Shown here piece by piece: positions 20,686 to 33,599 of a stretch of 64,000 nucleotides of DNA (its first letter is position 1; each line of letters opens with the position of its first letter). The translations under genes were made by a program, and so were the position numbers. The notes under the pieces were generated by a model. The model was given only the letters and a program-made list of their open reading frames with translations, had not been told where the DNA came from and did no database searches. The stretch is from positions 544,211 to 608,210 of the forward strand of contig NIVC01000195.1 of assembly GCA_002269645.1 (NCBI GenBank). The letters run 5' to 3'. The DNA is from Macrostomum lignano (taxonomy: Eukaryota).

Positions 20686-23659
20686 GCCAGCGCATAAAGT
20701 TGCTTTCACTGACGATGAAATTCTTTTTGAAGCTGTCTGACGATGCAGCCTGACCTTAATCTGGTGCCTAGAGACTGCTGGATGGCAAGGCAACTCAAGC
20801 AATTGAAGACCGTTTTCCCCGATAATCATGAATACAACAATGCGCTCAATGTGGACACTAATCGATAATCGATCGGAAAATCACTCATTAGCACTGAGCG
20901 CGGGCCCAATTAGTTCAGTTAGTCCGGCAGGTGCTTGTTAGGTACGGCCTACGGGTGAAGCTGCGGGCAGGCAGACAGATGAAGCTCCACCCCCATGAGC
21001 CGGAATGAAAGGTGACATAAACTGTAGTTTTTTGAGTAGTCCGCTTGCTTGTCAGGCTAATTGCCATGGCAACACTGGCCCGGCAGCGGAGGCGGGGCAA
21101 GTGAGGACCGGCCGGGCCAGCTGCTCATCCGCGACTGTGAGCACCCGGCAACCATAAGGGCAGAGCGAGCTGCCATAGGAACTCGGGCAGCCCGCATTCC
21201 AGAGGATTTTTATTTTCTATCAATAGAACTGATGCCGGGGCCCGGAGACTGCGAGCCCCGAGTTGCTGGGCCACATATCGCACTGCAGTTTCCAGGTTGC
21301 CAGCCAGCGGGCACTCAGAGACGGCGGTACACAGCGAGAGGGGACTTGGTTAGCAACAGGAAAGCTGGAGTCCAGGGAATCCTGGCTAATAATAAAAACC
21401 AGTTGCGCAACTGGTGGGCATGGCCATTGTTCAGAGCGGAGTTGACCGAATTGACCGGCTGGGGCGCGCGGTCACTCAATTAATTCTGCCTTTTAAGCAG
21501 CCCGAGTCCCCCCGCGGCCTGGGGTGCAGGTTGGTTGACTCAAAATTTCCAATTTCCAGCTGGAGCACGCAGTGCGACAGGGCAGGAGTCTGCGGGTCTG
21601 CCTCATCAACTCGTCTCAACAAGCAGCAGAACAAGGCGCCCAACCCACCCCATTATCGGGTCTCTCTCTCACCGTCTAGCAACAATCGCGGAACCAGAAA
21701 CTCGAGCCGGAGCTCGACACGACAAAGAAAAAATATTGCGGACTGCGCCTGAGTCACGCAAGCAAATCAGACAGGTGAGAAAATGAGCTGGAGTCAGAAA
21801 ATTTATTGGGCTGTATTTGAGGAAACTGTTAATATTAATATTATCCGGCCGTCAAGCGAATGAAATCTGCCATTCTTAGAAATTAGAAACAACGATGTTA
21901 AAAAACAACTCATTTAGTTTAACTAAAGTTTAATTAATGTCCTGTTTGTCTAATACAGATGAACAGATCAGAACTATTTTGCTATTAACTATTAACTAAG
22001 TCTTTTGCTGCCTACCTTTACCTTCTCTTACTACACGAAAACTCGAGCAGAATCAGCTCAAATGCACGAAAAAAACACGGAAAGACAAAATAGGCAAAAA
22101 CATCATACTGAACTGATGGCACTGTGTTTAATTCACTTTATTGCATTTTTCACTATTTCACAATGTCTCAAAAAGCAAAATTTTGAACATGTGGGGAGAG
22201 GGGCAACCGGCGATCGCTCCTCCGCTAGACATCATTACCTGACAGTATTAGACAGAATTGGCTTACAGAGCTCCAATAATGCCAGGTAAGACGCCGCAGA
22301 TCGGAGGGTGAGCATGAGCACAGCATGGAGCACACTGCTTGGGTGGGGCCACACAAGCGGAGCGGAAAGATGGCAAGGATTGTGGCCAGCACTAACAGGA
22401 CAATATGTATGCATGCATTCATACAAGTCTGACTTACCGGCCCGCCCAGTGTCGGGGCGCTGGCTTGCTGAACTGCAAGTTGAGAAGACGGGAGGAAGGC
22501 AGGAGAGCAGTTGGGCAGAGAGGCGTTGGTTTTAATGTGAAAAGGAGGCGGAGTGGGGTGGGCAGAAGGCCCGGGGTGCTGGCTGGCTGGGCAGGGGGTT
22601 TGGATGGGGGAGGGAGGCCGCCACCCCCGCCGCGCCAGACCCAGGCCGGGGCACGCAGATTTTATTGAGCGCCGTGGCAGACTGGTATGGAGCGAAGGGA
22701 GGCCTCGTGCATTGCGTGTTTGTTGTGTGTATGGACCGTGTGAGCCGGGCATGTCGCGTGAGTCAGACAGCGGGACTGAGGAGGGCAGGCAGGATAAAGG
22801 AAAGACAGGCCTTGGGGTGACGCAGGCGATAGAGGAAAAGGAGAACTATGCGTGTCTTTTGCCTCCCCAGCCGGTAAAATGCACTCCGAAAACCAGATGC
22901 CATATGCTCGCTTTGCAACCTGGATTAGCTTTATTTGTGGTTTTGTGTTTAACGGGATTGACGAACGACGAATCATAGAATTAAATAATAGCCAAAGTTA
23001 GTGATATGCAAAGAACATTTCTCACTAGAGAATACAAAATCTAGAGTTTTGCCAATCCCGAGATTCACGGGATCGGGATGTCCGTCCCGACCTGGGCTTT
23101 GAAAATCCCGGGATTCTCGGGATAGGGATATCCCGGAATTTGCCAATCCCGGGATTGAAAAAGTTAATAATATTTGTTGGTGCAATTACAGTTTACGAAG
23201 CCGTCTAATCTGATTTTAAAGGGCTTTCAATGACAAAAGTAAAACAGAGTATTTTGCAAACAAGAAACAGACAGTGAGCTCTGAATTAGAGTGTGATGTA
23301 CAGCGTGGCGACTGGCGTATTAATAGACGTGCTTTTTTACATGTCAGTATCAGCTCAGAAAAATCACACTTGTGATGTAACCTGGGGAATGATAGCTTTA
23401 CAGAGCTATGGCCCGTGGTACTGACACCTAGGTAGAAGGGGATCAGGCATCACCCTCCCAGGGGCACCCGCTCTAGATGGAGAATTGGTAGCTTGTGTTG
23501 TGGTCCGACAGCAAGGTCCCACTTAGGGATTAGGCCCAAATCCCGGGATTTCGATTATGCCTGAATCAGACTTGTCCGGGATTCGAAAATCCCGGGATTG
23601 ACCATCGGGATCCCGATCCCAGTTTGCAATAATTCAATCATTCATTCTCGAGTAGTAAT

Positions 23660-24232
23660 CAGTGTTCGGCGCAGGGGTATGCAATTTTCGCGCCTTGTGT
23701 AAATTTTCGCGCCTATGAGTTCTCTACTATAAAACCTAGCGTAGGTGCAGTGGCGGGCGGAACCAGGAGCTTAACTTGACAAGTCCGCGCGCAGAATGAC
23801 TTTTTTAGATAAACGTTTTTAATGACCTTTTTAGGGGTTCGTGCGCCCACAAAAAACAGTTTTTCTGGGGTGAATGGGGGGGCTCCAGCCAGCAAAGCCC
23901 CCTCCCCTGCATTCGCCACTGCCTAGGTGTACATCCAATATATGTACTTCCAACAAAATAATTGAATTCGCAAACATCAACGCAAATTTGGCTGCAATTC
24001 GCTTGCAGATCATGACTAAGAAACTAAGAAATACCGTTAATACAAAGATTTGGGATCCACTGTATCAGAGAGTGCAACACAGAACTTATAGTCAGGTAGA
24101 ACCAGGCCGCAAAACATATTGTGTGTATAGGCAAAAGAGGAAATTGTACTTCCAAATTCGCGCCCCTGATGGACAAGGAAATTCGCGCCATGTCTTTAGA
24201 ATTCGCGCATTCGCGCCTGACTCCGAAGACTG
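23660..24232. mobile_element. hAT-type MITE inserted in the Helitron-like element
   Basis: Termini CAGTGTTCGGCG / CTCCGAAGACTG (10/12 inverted match); 8-bp target duplication GTAGTAAT / GTAGTAGT; TTCGCGCC subterminal repeats. Confidence 0.8.
23748..23921. mobile_element. 174-bp hAT-type MITE nested in the 23660-24232 MITE
   Basis: TIR CAGTGGCG / CGCCACTG; 8-bp target duplication CGTAGGTG / CCTAGGTG. Confidence 0.75.
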
Positions 24233-24765
24233 GTAGTAGTATCTGCAGCTGAGCTTCTGTCAGGTGAAAATCATAACCCAGTTGGCCTGCTTTGATTTCT
24301 TAATCTTTTAAACATGCAGGCGGGCTGCAGGGATACAAAGCTGAAGCTATTGGCATATTGAAGGAGATTTCCAGTGTAATAATGTATATATGCAACTGTG
24401 TGAATGGTACTCGCAGACTAATGTAATTATTGTTATTCTAAAACCTGTGCACAGAGCCTAAAGCGATAGAAGCCAATTCCTCATTGTTTCCGGTCACATG
24501 TAGCGCTATAGCTTGCCAGACGGGAGTCAAATCATTGTTCATTTGAACTCCCCCTCTATCCCCAACCCAGCTAAAATCAGGGGGTCTCGACCTTGTGCAG
24601 ATCAGAAGCCCCCCCCCCCTCCATGCGAAAGACCTCATTCTCAGCACTGTCAGGACACCTTTTAGATGACCAGCATAGGAGTGGTGGCAGAACTACATCC
24701 ATGTACTTTAAGCAGTCCCTACCTTCAAAACTCCTTTGGCCGTAGTTGGGATTAGAACAGTAGGA

Positions 24766-25655
24766 CCTTGCTATTGGACCACAACCCAAGCTACGGCAGG
24801 TTGCCTCTGGGAGGGTGAGGTCTGGTCCCCTTCTACATCAGTACCTAGGGCCATAGCTCTGTAAGCTGTCATTCCCCAGGTTACATCACAATCAAGTGTG
24901 ATTTTCCTGAGCTAATACTGGCATGTAAAAAAGCACGTCTTTGCCAGTCTGTACATCACACTCCAATTCAGAGCTCACTGTCAGTTTCTTGTTAGGCCTA
25001 GCAAAATATTTTGTTCTATTCTATTTTATTATTGAAAGCCCTTTAAAATCAGATTGATGGCTTTGTAAATCAAAATTGCATCAACAATGATTAGAAACTT
25101 TTTTAATCCTGGGATCCCAGGATCCCAGCCCAATTTGTTGGGATCCCAGGATTGGCAAAGTCTGGGACATCCTGATCCCAAGAATCCCAGGATTTTTAAA
25201 GTCAAGGATATCTTGATCCCAAGAATCCTGGGATTTTCAAAGTCTGGGATATCCCAATCCTAAGAATCCCAGGATAGGCAAAACTTGGGATTTTTGTATT
25301 ACCTAGTCCTACTGTTCTAATCCCAACTATGGCCAAGGAGTTTTGAAGGTAGGGACTGCTTAAAGTAGTTCTACAATCTACATTCTACAATTTACAGCTT
25401 CTGTTTTTATCCCTGCAGCCCTGTAGCCGTCTACTCACTAGCCTGCATACTTAAAAGATTAAGAAATCAAAGCAGGACAACTGGGTTATGATTTTCACTT
25501 GACAGTAGCTCAGCTGCAGATACTACTACTTGAAAATAAATGATTGAATCTTTGCAAAGCAGGATTGGCATCCCAAGATTCCCAACCCAATGGTCAATCC
25601 TGGGGTTTTTAAATCCCAGACAAGTGTGATCCTGGGATTTAGGCCTAATCCTGAG
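24766..25655 (+). mobile_element. Circularly permuted second copy of the Helitron-like element
   Basis: 24766-25306 matches the 3' part of copy 1 and ends CTAG; 25307 onward restarts with the 5' end TCCTACTG and runs almost to the point where the copy began. Confidence 0.6.
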
Positions 25656-26473
25656 ATTATGGGATCCTAGGATTCCAGTATTATATTCCCTATTTTCACT
25701 GGATGTTTGCTTACCACATATAGAATATGAGAAGCCGATAAGACTGGTTCTGGGAAAGAAAAATAAAGAAACTTTACATAACAATTTTGCAATAAAGAAA
25801 TAACTAGCCATAGCCTAGTAAAGGATAAAACAAAAATCATAAAATGAATTTTAGCTAAAACAAGCAAGTGATACTATTGCTACATTCAAACTTGTATAAA
25901 TTGTCATTGAAAAATGCTGCAAATTTGATGGCTTAATCAATGGCAGAATGAGGGAAAAGCAAAGAGCATGGTGCAAAGTGCAATAGGGACGTCAATCTTG
26001 GGATCCTGGAAAAATCACAATTTTAAAGCAAATTTTGGGATTATAGAATCCTAAAAGGATCAGAATCAGAAATATCTAGGATTTTACTTTTCAAGTAAAA
26101 AGGCAATATAAAAACAAGGAGTGCAAAATATGATTGTAGTATATGAAGAAAAGGAAATAAAAAGCTTAGAGAAAGGTTATTTGGCATAAAATATAAGATT
26201 TCTAATAAATGTTTACCTAGGCCTTAATAAAGAAATATAAATAACTTATAGCTAAAAAAATAATGTAATGTAGAACTCAAGTAGTTCAATATAAAAATAT
26301 TCAAATTTTGAAGAAATTGTTACTATCTATAATTTCAGAGCTGAATCTTGAGAACAGTGATAAAAGATATACTAAGAGTAGTGTTATGACACTCTAATCT
26401 CAGTAATACCCAAATTGGAAACTAGTTTTAAATGTAAGACTGCTTAGACCATAACATATTAGATTACTACTAT

Positions 26474-26866
26474 CAGTGGCGGCGCAGGGGGGGGGGCGGG
26501 CTGCCCCCAGGTGACCACCCCTCACCACCCTCAGGGGGTGACCACCCCCAGGAGTGACCACCCACTTAAAAAAATTGGTACTTTACCATATTTTTTCAAA
26601 AGTGTGGTCACCCCATGGGGCATGGGGGTGGTCACCTGAGACCTCAGGGGGTGGTCACCCGGTAGGGCCTGTAGGCTGTAAGGGTGGTCACCCTTTGAGG
26701 GCGAACCGCCAACCGCGAATTATTGAAGAGTTAAGGATCTTAGATCAACTTTAATGATAATTTTTTTTTGATAATTTTTTCTGGGGGTGACCATCCAGCT
26801 GGGGGGGGGGGGTGACCACCCAACCACCGCCCCCCCCTCCCAGCTGGAGGTCCTGCGCCGCCACTG
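26474..26866. mobile_element. 393-bp hAT-type MITE
   Basis: Perfect 15-bp TIR CAGTGGCGGCGCAGG; perfect 8-bp target duplication ACTACTAT (26466-26473, 26867-26874); internal GGTGACCACCCC repeats. Confidence 0.92.
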
Positions 26867-27409
26867 ACTACTATAATATATTAGACACTACCCAAAATGT
26901 GCTATAATTTAAACTTTATTGTAAAAGTCCCATTAAAACTTTGGTGACAAATATAGAATTGTAAAGACAAGACAAAACCCCTGGTACAAAAATATATAAC
27001 ATATTATGCATTATAGCCTAACTAGAACATAGTATTATTACTTGAAAAACATGGAAAAATGCAGAACAAAATAAATATGGTTGAGCACAAAAGGATACCT
27101 ATTCTATTAAATTGTTGGATAGATATTTAAAGTAGATTAACAAAAAAATTTAAATTTGAACATCTAATACTGCAATAATATATACTGATAGGTGGCAGAT
27201 CTAGAATTTCATTTTATTGTATGAACGTATGAAAACTGTATGAAAACTATATATAAAAACCATACTAGGGCCTATAGGCCTAGCCAGAAATTTGTTGAGG
27301 GGGCAGATTTTGGAGGGTAAAATCCTGGGAAAGGGGGCAGAAGGGTGGCTCTATTTTTGGCAAAAATTTACTTGGTTTCCCCTTTGATTTTTTTCTAGTC
27401 TCTATTTCC

Positions 27410-27868
27410 ACCTAAGGGGAGGCAACTGGGCAATTACTTAGTTTTGCAAATTTAATTATTTTCTGTTTGAAATTGCATATTTACGTGGCGCAGTTATGCT
27501 AAAGTGACATGGCTCGTAGTCTATAGTCCTTATAGTCTATACGACTATAGTCTATAGAATAAAGGTCTGAGGGTGATAAGAACATTGAGGAGTTTCTATG
27601 GCACCAACTGTTCTGCAACCACATATTTGGCAACTTTCTATATTGGATGCAACACTACTACAGTGTTTAATAACCCTTAAGGCCTTAATACCCATTTAAG
27701 AAACAAACTATTGACATTATAAACTTTCATTGACGTTTAACTACTAGTTTTTACCTTGTTCTGTTGCCCATTTGTTTTAGTGCCATGTAAACATGCAATT
27801 TCAAACAAAAAAATTAAACGTATGAAACTAAGAAATTGCTGGTAACTGCCCTCCCTTGGTTGCACCAC
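27410..27868. mobile_element. Old MITE-like element with degenerate 80-90-bp inverted arms
   Basis: GGGAGGCAAC...TGTTTGAAATTGCATATTTACGTGGC at left is inverted relative to GCCATGTAAACATGCAATTTCAAACA...CTGCCCTCCC at right; right end CCACTG; no clear TSD. Confidence 0.5.
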
Positions 27869-28370
27869 TGTGTAGATCCTATACTGACATTATATACTGA
27901 AGTTTCTACTGGGGCACTGGGCTATTGCTATGCTATGTATGCACCATGTGTGCCAATTTGCAAATACTATTTTTGTTTATATGCATAAAAGTTATCAGTC
28001 AAAATAAAATATTTTCTTAAATTTGACAGAAAAAAACCATATTTAGGAAAGTGGTGACTTATATACTAGAATAGGTATATAGATTAGCATACTATTGTTG
28101 TTGGCATATTGTTGGCATATTAAACTGCATATGTTTCTGACACGTGTTTCTTTGACTTAAGATTGTAAAAAAATATATATATCTACTTTTCAAACCATTC
28201 AACTATGCTTTTTGCTACTTAATTCTTAAATTAAATACATAATAAATAACAGTTTTTGTTATAATTCTGGTCATTCAAAATATGTTGCTCTAATCAGTTA
28301 ATTGCATACAAAAAAAGCTGTAGCCAGCTGCATTGGCTGTTTACCAATAGTTCGAAAAACCCGAAAAAGG

Positions 28371-29678
28371 GTCACTCTAATTTTGAGGGGACGCGGGGAC
28401 GACGACGAGGGACAATTTCTAAATTTAGACTAAGCAATATAACAAATAAAATAAGAACAATATTAAAAGATCTAATACGGAGAGCCAGTACTATTTGATG
28501 CGAATTTAAGATGAAGCAGAAATCAAATTCATACCGAAGGCAGTTTTAAGTTTTTTCTGTAAACAATTTAATTATTCGAAGTTTCCGCGTGATACGCATG
28601 TGGCGATCATGATTACGAGTCAGCCCGCAATTTTGTAACGTTTGGTAAATTAATTTGCTTCTTTAGGGTTTTAGACTTTAGAATTTTCGTTCTCAGCTTA
28701 TTGCTTTTCTGTTAGTTTCAACTTTTTTGCTTGCACGAGGGTCTTATTATTGGTTATACAATGTATGTAGACAGTTTACTTCTTTTACATATCAATTAAT
28801 TGCATCTTAACATGTAAATAGTCTTGTCAATTTGAATCGCTGAATTAAAAATAGCGCATATAAAAACTATCGGCCAGGATTGTAAAAGTCAAAAGCAACT
28901 TTTAAAATTTTTAAAGAACGAGTTTATTTAATTTTTCCATGCTTTTGGATCAGTAAAAATACACTTTGTTTCATTTCAAAATATCTGATACATTATTCCG
29001 GTCGGCCAAAATTTTACTGTGTTATGTTCGATTTTTTATAGTACTTTTTGTTTTTCAATGTTTCAGTTCGATGACATCCAAGTAAATTCTTAACTGCTCA
29101 TAAATTATTTGCTGAAGTTTACAATTTGCTAAAATAATTTTTATCAAGTTAAAAATATTAGCAGTATGGCACGGTAAAAATTAAGAAGGAAAAATATGAA
29201 ATACACTTTTTTGCCAGATTTTTTGAACATAAAATATCATACTCTTGAACTTAGAAATCGTTTCTTTTGTACCGCTTCTGATGTAAAAAAATAAATTCCA
29301 AATTAAAATAAATTCTGCCCAAACTCAGAGGTAAAGTAAAAAGTTCAGAATGTTTTGGAAATACACATTGATAGAATCGTGACATCAACGTATTCGGATA
29401 ATACGAGCCCCGTATGTGCAAAGGCCCTAGAGCTGTAGCTGCTCGAGCCCGCGCGGGCGCTAAAATTGCTACCTAAATCAAAACGGTATACAAATTATCG
29501 CTTAGATTAAAATTAAATAATTTTGTATAATAAAGTATTTGCATTAGCGCATTTCTGATTATCTATTATAGTTATTTTAACCAATTAGCAAGAATGTGCG
29601 TTGGAAAGGAAAACGTTGTTTAAATCAAGCATCTTTTTTAGTACATCCCCTCGTTCCCTCAAATAAGAGCCGCGTGAC
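28371..29678. mobile_element. Possible 1.3-kb non-autonomous DNA transposon
   Basis: Imperfect inverted ends GTCACTCTAATTTTGAGGGACGCGGGGA versus TCCCCTCGTTCCCTCAAATAAGAGCCGCGTGAC; AT-rich, ORF-less interior; no TSD found. Confidence 0.4.
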
Positions 29679-31223
29679 GCGTTTTCGAAAATAATAGATA
29701 AATAATTAGTTTTTGAAATGCTAAAAACAATAGTATTCATCTATCAAGTAAATATATTCATCATATTTTACGTTTTTTAGTTCTATATGATATTAGTGCT
29801 TTAACTTTGTTTTATATAAATACGTAATATATACTAGACAACAGTTACAGGATATGCTTTATGCAGTTCCAGGCGTTCATTTATGAATTAATATTCACAT
29901 TTTAGAAAGTTTAGCTAAAAGCAAGAAAATTTAATGTGATGCAAATAAAATCTAGAAGAGAAAATTAGCACGTTAAAATAGAAATAAGTAAGAATTCTTT
30001 CATTGCGTTCCGTGTCAGAATTAATAGCTTCAAAAATGAGTAGTAGACTTTGCCATAAAATTAATTGGTCTAGCTCAGTATTACTGAATAGGGTTTTACC
30101 TGCTACCGGCTGCATAGGAAACACCCTATACGAGCTAAAGCTGACTCGATCATCGATCTCGGATTGCGGCCGAGTCTCCACTTTCGGCTTCTATTGCTAA
30201 GCAATAGAAACTCGTTTGGAGCTCCCCTTAGCTCTCTGTCTTCTGAAGTAAAATAAAGGCTTCCCTTCTATCAAAAGCAATAACAATTTTAAATAGTTGA
30301 ACACGATAATTTTGATATTATCTAGAATTCTTAAATTGAGCCTAAATGATAGGTTCTGAGGGAGGGGGTGCCGCTCGGAGTTGAGGCTGTGGTCTATTTT
30401 TATTTAGAATCTGTTTGTTCGCATGGTTTCATGTAGCAACGGCAGGTTTTAGGCAATGGAAATGGGGACGTACATGTATTTCCCTAACTAACTATACTGT
30501 TTCTATGGGGTGCAGAGAAACCCTAGTTGAAGCTTGTTAGTTTGCATTGGAACAGTTGGGGGAGGTCAATCCATCGCTCTCTGTACGCATCAGCCCTTTT
30601 TGTGAAATTCTAGCTTCATTTTGCGTCTTACCGGTTGGACTAATCTGGGCACTCTAAGCTACCTTTTCCTGGTGGATTTATAAACACTAACGACGTAACC
30701 CGTATTAATATCAGAAAGGCGGTGTCAGTGGGAGGAGCCAAGCCATGAGCTCAGGATTTATGGAGAAGTGAATATCAGGAATCATTTTTAGTAAAGTGGA
30801 GATGTGAATGGTCGGTATTTAACGTACATGTAGGAATGATAGATGTAGACTCGTGACAATTTCCAAGCAAACAATTTCCAGACCATCTATCCCAAAAATA
30901 ATGATTCAAAGAGTTTCGCCGTATCATTTCTTGAGCTTTAGAAACTCTAGGGTTATCGGAAACTTTAGCTACACTTGTAATTCAATGCCAGCTCTTCAAG
31001 ACTGGAGCCAGTCGCAGACAAAGGCATTTTTTATTTTACTCGTCTACTCTGTACCAAATCTAAGCAGTCGAATTACATGGGTTAATGATTCCTGGAGTTT
31101 AACTTCAATTTGTGTGATCTCAACTGTACTGTAATAAATTGAGTAAAATATTATTACACTCAAATTAATAAAAGCTTAAGTTTTTAATTGAAATGCAGAC
31201 AGAATGAAGGGGCACCATAAGAG

Positions 31224-33512
31224 TCAGTCTAGAGAGAGTCTGTAGGCCTGCAGCAGCACCCGCAGCTGGCTCATGCCTTCGTTCTCCCGTAGCAGCTGCA
31301 GTTCTAGCTCGTTAAGCTCGCCCGGCGGCCGCAGCGGCTGACAGCCAGTCAGGAAGTGATGCGGCGGCGTGAAGCTTGGCTGCACAACCCCATTGAGCTT
31401 CACGCCGGACACCATGTCCGGGCCGGAAAGCATGGGGTGGGCGGCGCCGTTTCCGGGGAAGTCGGCTACGGCAATGAACAGGCAGTCCAAGCAGCGGCCC
31501 GCCGGGCCCTCCTTCAGGTCCTCCGGGGTGCTGAAGGACAGGACGCGGCGCAGGCCGGCGCTGGGGCTGACAACGAAGGGCGGGGACACGGAGCAGGTCA
31601 GCAGGGCCCCGGGCAGGCAGTTTCTGACCACGGATTCGATCTCGTTCAGCAGCAGGCCCTGCAGCTCGTGGGCCCACAGTCGGGCTGTCTTCGTGGCTTC
31701 CTCGGGGAGGTCGGCAATCCGGCCGGGCCAGAGCTCGGCGAACTCGGCCCCGCGCCACAGCAGGTAGCGCATAGTGGGGAACTGCTCCAGACGCGCCGAC
31801 CGCAGCAGCGCCGTGTCGCCCCGGTGGTCCCGAAGCTCCAGGCTGGCCCGGGCCTGCAGCAAAAGCTCGCAGGCGATCTGCAGGCCGAGGCCGGCAGCTG
31901 TCATGAGGGCCGTCCGGCCCGTGCGGCGCTCCGGCAGGTCGGGGTCGGCGCCGAACTGCAGCAGCAGCTGCAGGGCCTCCGTAAGGCCGCACTTGGCTGC
32001 GCAGTGCAGCAGCCAGCTGGTGCGGCTCTCCGGAATCTTGTTCAAATTGGGACAGTCGGGATGCCGCAGCGCTTGACTCAGTGCCGCCAGCGGCCGGTCC
32101 GGGTTCCGCACAAGCTCCAGCAGCTCCCTTTCGCCCAGCAGGCGTGGCGGGAATTCGGCGTCCCGCTCGGTCAGGAGGGTCCGCATGATGTCCGCCGGGC
32201 TGCCGTGCACCTGCCGCGCCGGGTTCACCAGCTCGGAGGCCAGCGTGGCCTTCAAGGCGTCGGACTCGGACCGGGCCGACTTGGCCGCGGAAGCAGCGGC
32301 ATCGGGCCCCGACGCTTGGCCGGCACCGGCCGCAGACTTCGGCTGGGGGATTTCGCGTCCGGCGAAGCTCAGCAGCTTGGTCTGGCGCTTGCGGATCACC
32401 GCGCCTGAGGGCAGCGACGCCCGTCCGTCGGTAGCTGCCTGAGCCGCCGCTCCGTGCAGCCGGCGAGGATCGCTAGGGCCTGTAGCTGCACTGCCGCCCG
32501 CCTCCTCGCTGATGTCGTTGCCATCGTCCAAGTCTTCGTCAGCCTGGTCGGCCAGCTGCTCGGCACCGCCGCCATCGCCATCTGCAGCGTCAATTTCATC
32601 GCCGTCTCTATCCCCGTCTGCTTCGCCGTCGCCGTCGCCTTCCGACGGTGTGTCGCCAGATTCGGCGATGCGCAGCTCCGAGAACGGCGTTTCGTCGTCT
32701 TCGTCATCGTCATCATCAGCGCCGTCGTCAGCATTGTAGGCCGGTGCAGCAATTATAAATGCCTTCGATTGCGGCTGCTGCACCTGCGGCTTTGGCTGTT
32801 GTATTTCTGACTCCCGCTGTTGCACTTCTAAAACCGGTGGTTGTGCTTGCGCCAGGGGCGGTTGCACTTGCGACTCCGCCTGCTGCACTTGCGCCTTCGC
32901 AGTGGTCGACTCAGCCGCAGCCGACTGGGCCTTCCCGCTTCGCTCTTCCCGGTGCCGTTTGCGATGCTTTCCGCTTCGGCTCCGGCCGCTGCTCCTGCGC
33001 CGCACAGCCGACGAGCTGTCGTCGGAGATTTCGCCTTCTTCGAATTCTGCGCCGTCCTCTCGTGTGCCGGCGGCCGCAGCGGCCTCGCCTGTCTTCTTCT
33101 TTTTATGCTTCTTCTTTTTGGAAGAAGTTTTCGAAGAGGACTTTCGCGACTTAACCTCTCCGTCTTCGTCGCTGCTGTCGCGGTCGGACAGGATGAACGC
33201 CTGTCTGCGGGGAGGCGGCGGCTGCTGCCTTGGAAGCCGCTTCGCCGCCTTGCTGGTCGTAGTGGAGCCAGCGGGCTCGGCCGTGGCCGCCTTGTTGGAG
33301 CTTCGTTGTAGGAAGGCGCGCACGGCCTCCTGCGCGTTGGCCAGGCTGGCCTCCTCCAGCCACTGGAAGCTGTCCGCGCCCCAGTCGCCCGCCCACTTCA
33401 CCAGGTACTCGATAGCGCCCGTGCTCGAGTTTCTGCGCCGGTCGAGCACGCGCTCGATCTCAAACTCCTCGCCGCTGCTGTCGGACAGCGAGCCCTCCTC
33501 GTTCGAGTCCAC
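31224..33512 (-). CDS. MPHOSPH8: MPP8/MPHOSPH8-like protein 1: chromodomain + acidic low-complexity linker + ankyrin repeats + MPP8-type C-terminal domain; start exon unresolved
   Basis: Single 2289-nt coding exon after acceptor 33513. Chromodomain EEFEIERVLDRR...EYLVKWAGDW...QWLEE; ankyrins (LLHCAAKCG, TALMTAAGLG, TALLRSARLE); C-terminus LSGPDMVSGVKLNG...LRVLLQAYRLSLD resembles human MPP8 LCGPCSVQAVVLND...KLLIGAYRVQLQ (recalled). Confidence 0.85.
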   Translation of the reverse strand: MDSNEEGSLSDSSGEEFEIERVLDRRRNSSTGAIEYLVKWAGDWGADSFQWLEEASLANAQEAVRAFLQRSSNKAATAEPAGSTTTSKAAKRLPRQQPPPPRRQAFILSDRDSSDEDGEVKSRKSSSKTSSKKKKHKKKKTGEAAAAAGTREDGAEFEEGEISDDSSSAVRRRSSGRSRSGKHRKRHREERSGKAQSAAAESTTAKAQVQQAESQVQPPLAQAQPPVLEVQQRESEIQQPKPQVQQPQSKAFIIAAPAYNADDGADDDDDEDDETPFSELRIAESGDTPSEGDGDGEADGDRDGDEIDAADGDGGGAEQLADQADEDLDDGNDISEEAGGSAATGPSDPRRLHGAAAQAATDGRASLPSGAVIRKRQTKLLSFAGREIPQPKSAAGAGQASGPDAAASAAKSARSESDALKATLASELVNPARQVHGSPADIMRTLLTERDAEFPPRLLGERELLELVRNPDRPLAALSQALRHPDCPNLNKIPESRTSWLLHCAAKCGLTEALQLLLQFGADPDLPERRTGRTALMTAAGLGLQIACELLLQARASLELRDHRGDTALLRSARLEQFPTMRYLLWRGAEFAELWPGRIADLPEEATKTARLWAHELQGLLLNEIESVVRNCLPGALLTCSVSPPFVVSPSAGLRRVLSFSTPEDLKEGPAGRCLDCLFIAVADFPGNGAAHPMLSGPDMVSGVKLNGVVQPSFTPPHHFLTGCQPLRPPGELNELELQLLRENEGMSQLRVLLQAYRLSLD

Positions 33513-33599
33513 CTGAAGGGTTCCGGTCGTTGAATTTGAGCAGCCGGATATTACAGCTCGCTTGGATATTCTAAGCGTAACCCGTACTTTGTGGAGCGC

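Larger units (their letters stand above)
23025..24765 (-). mobile_element. Non-autonomous Helitron-like element (copy 1) carrying nested MITEs
   Basis: On minus strand starts TCCTACTG (24765) and ends CTAG|T (23025); subterminal hairpin AATCT...AGATT shortly before CTAG; internal ATCCCGGGAT palindromic repeats; homologous to 24766-25655 in opposite orientation. Confidence 0.6.
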
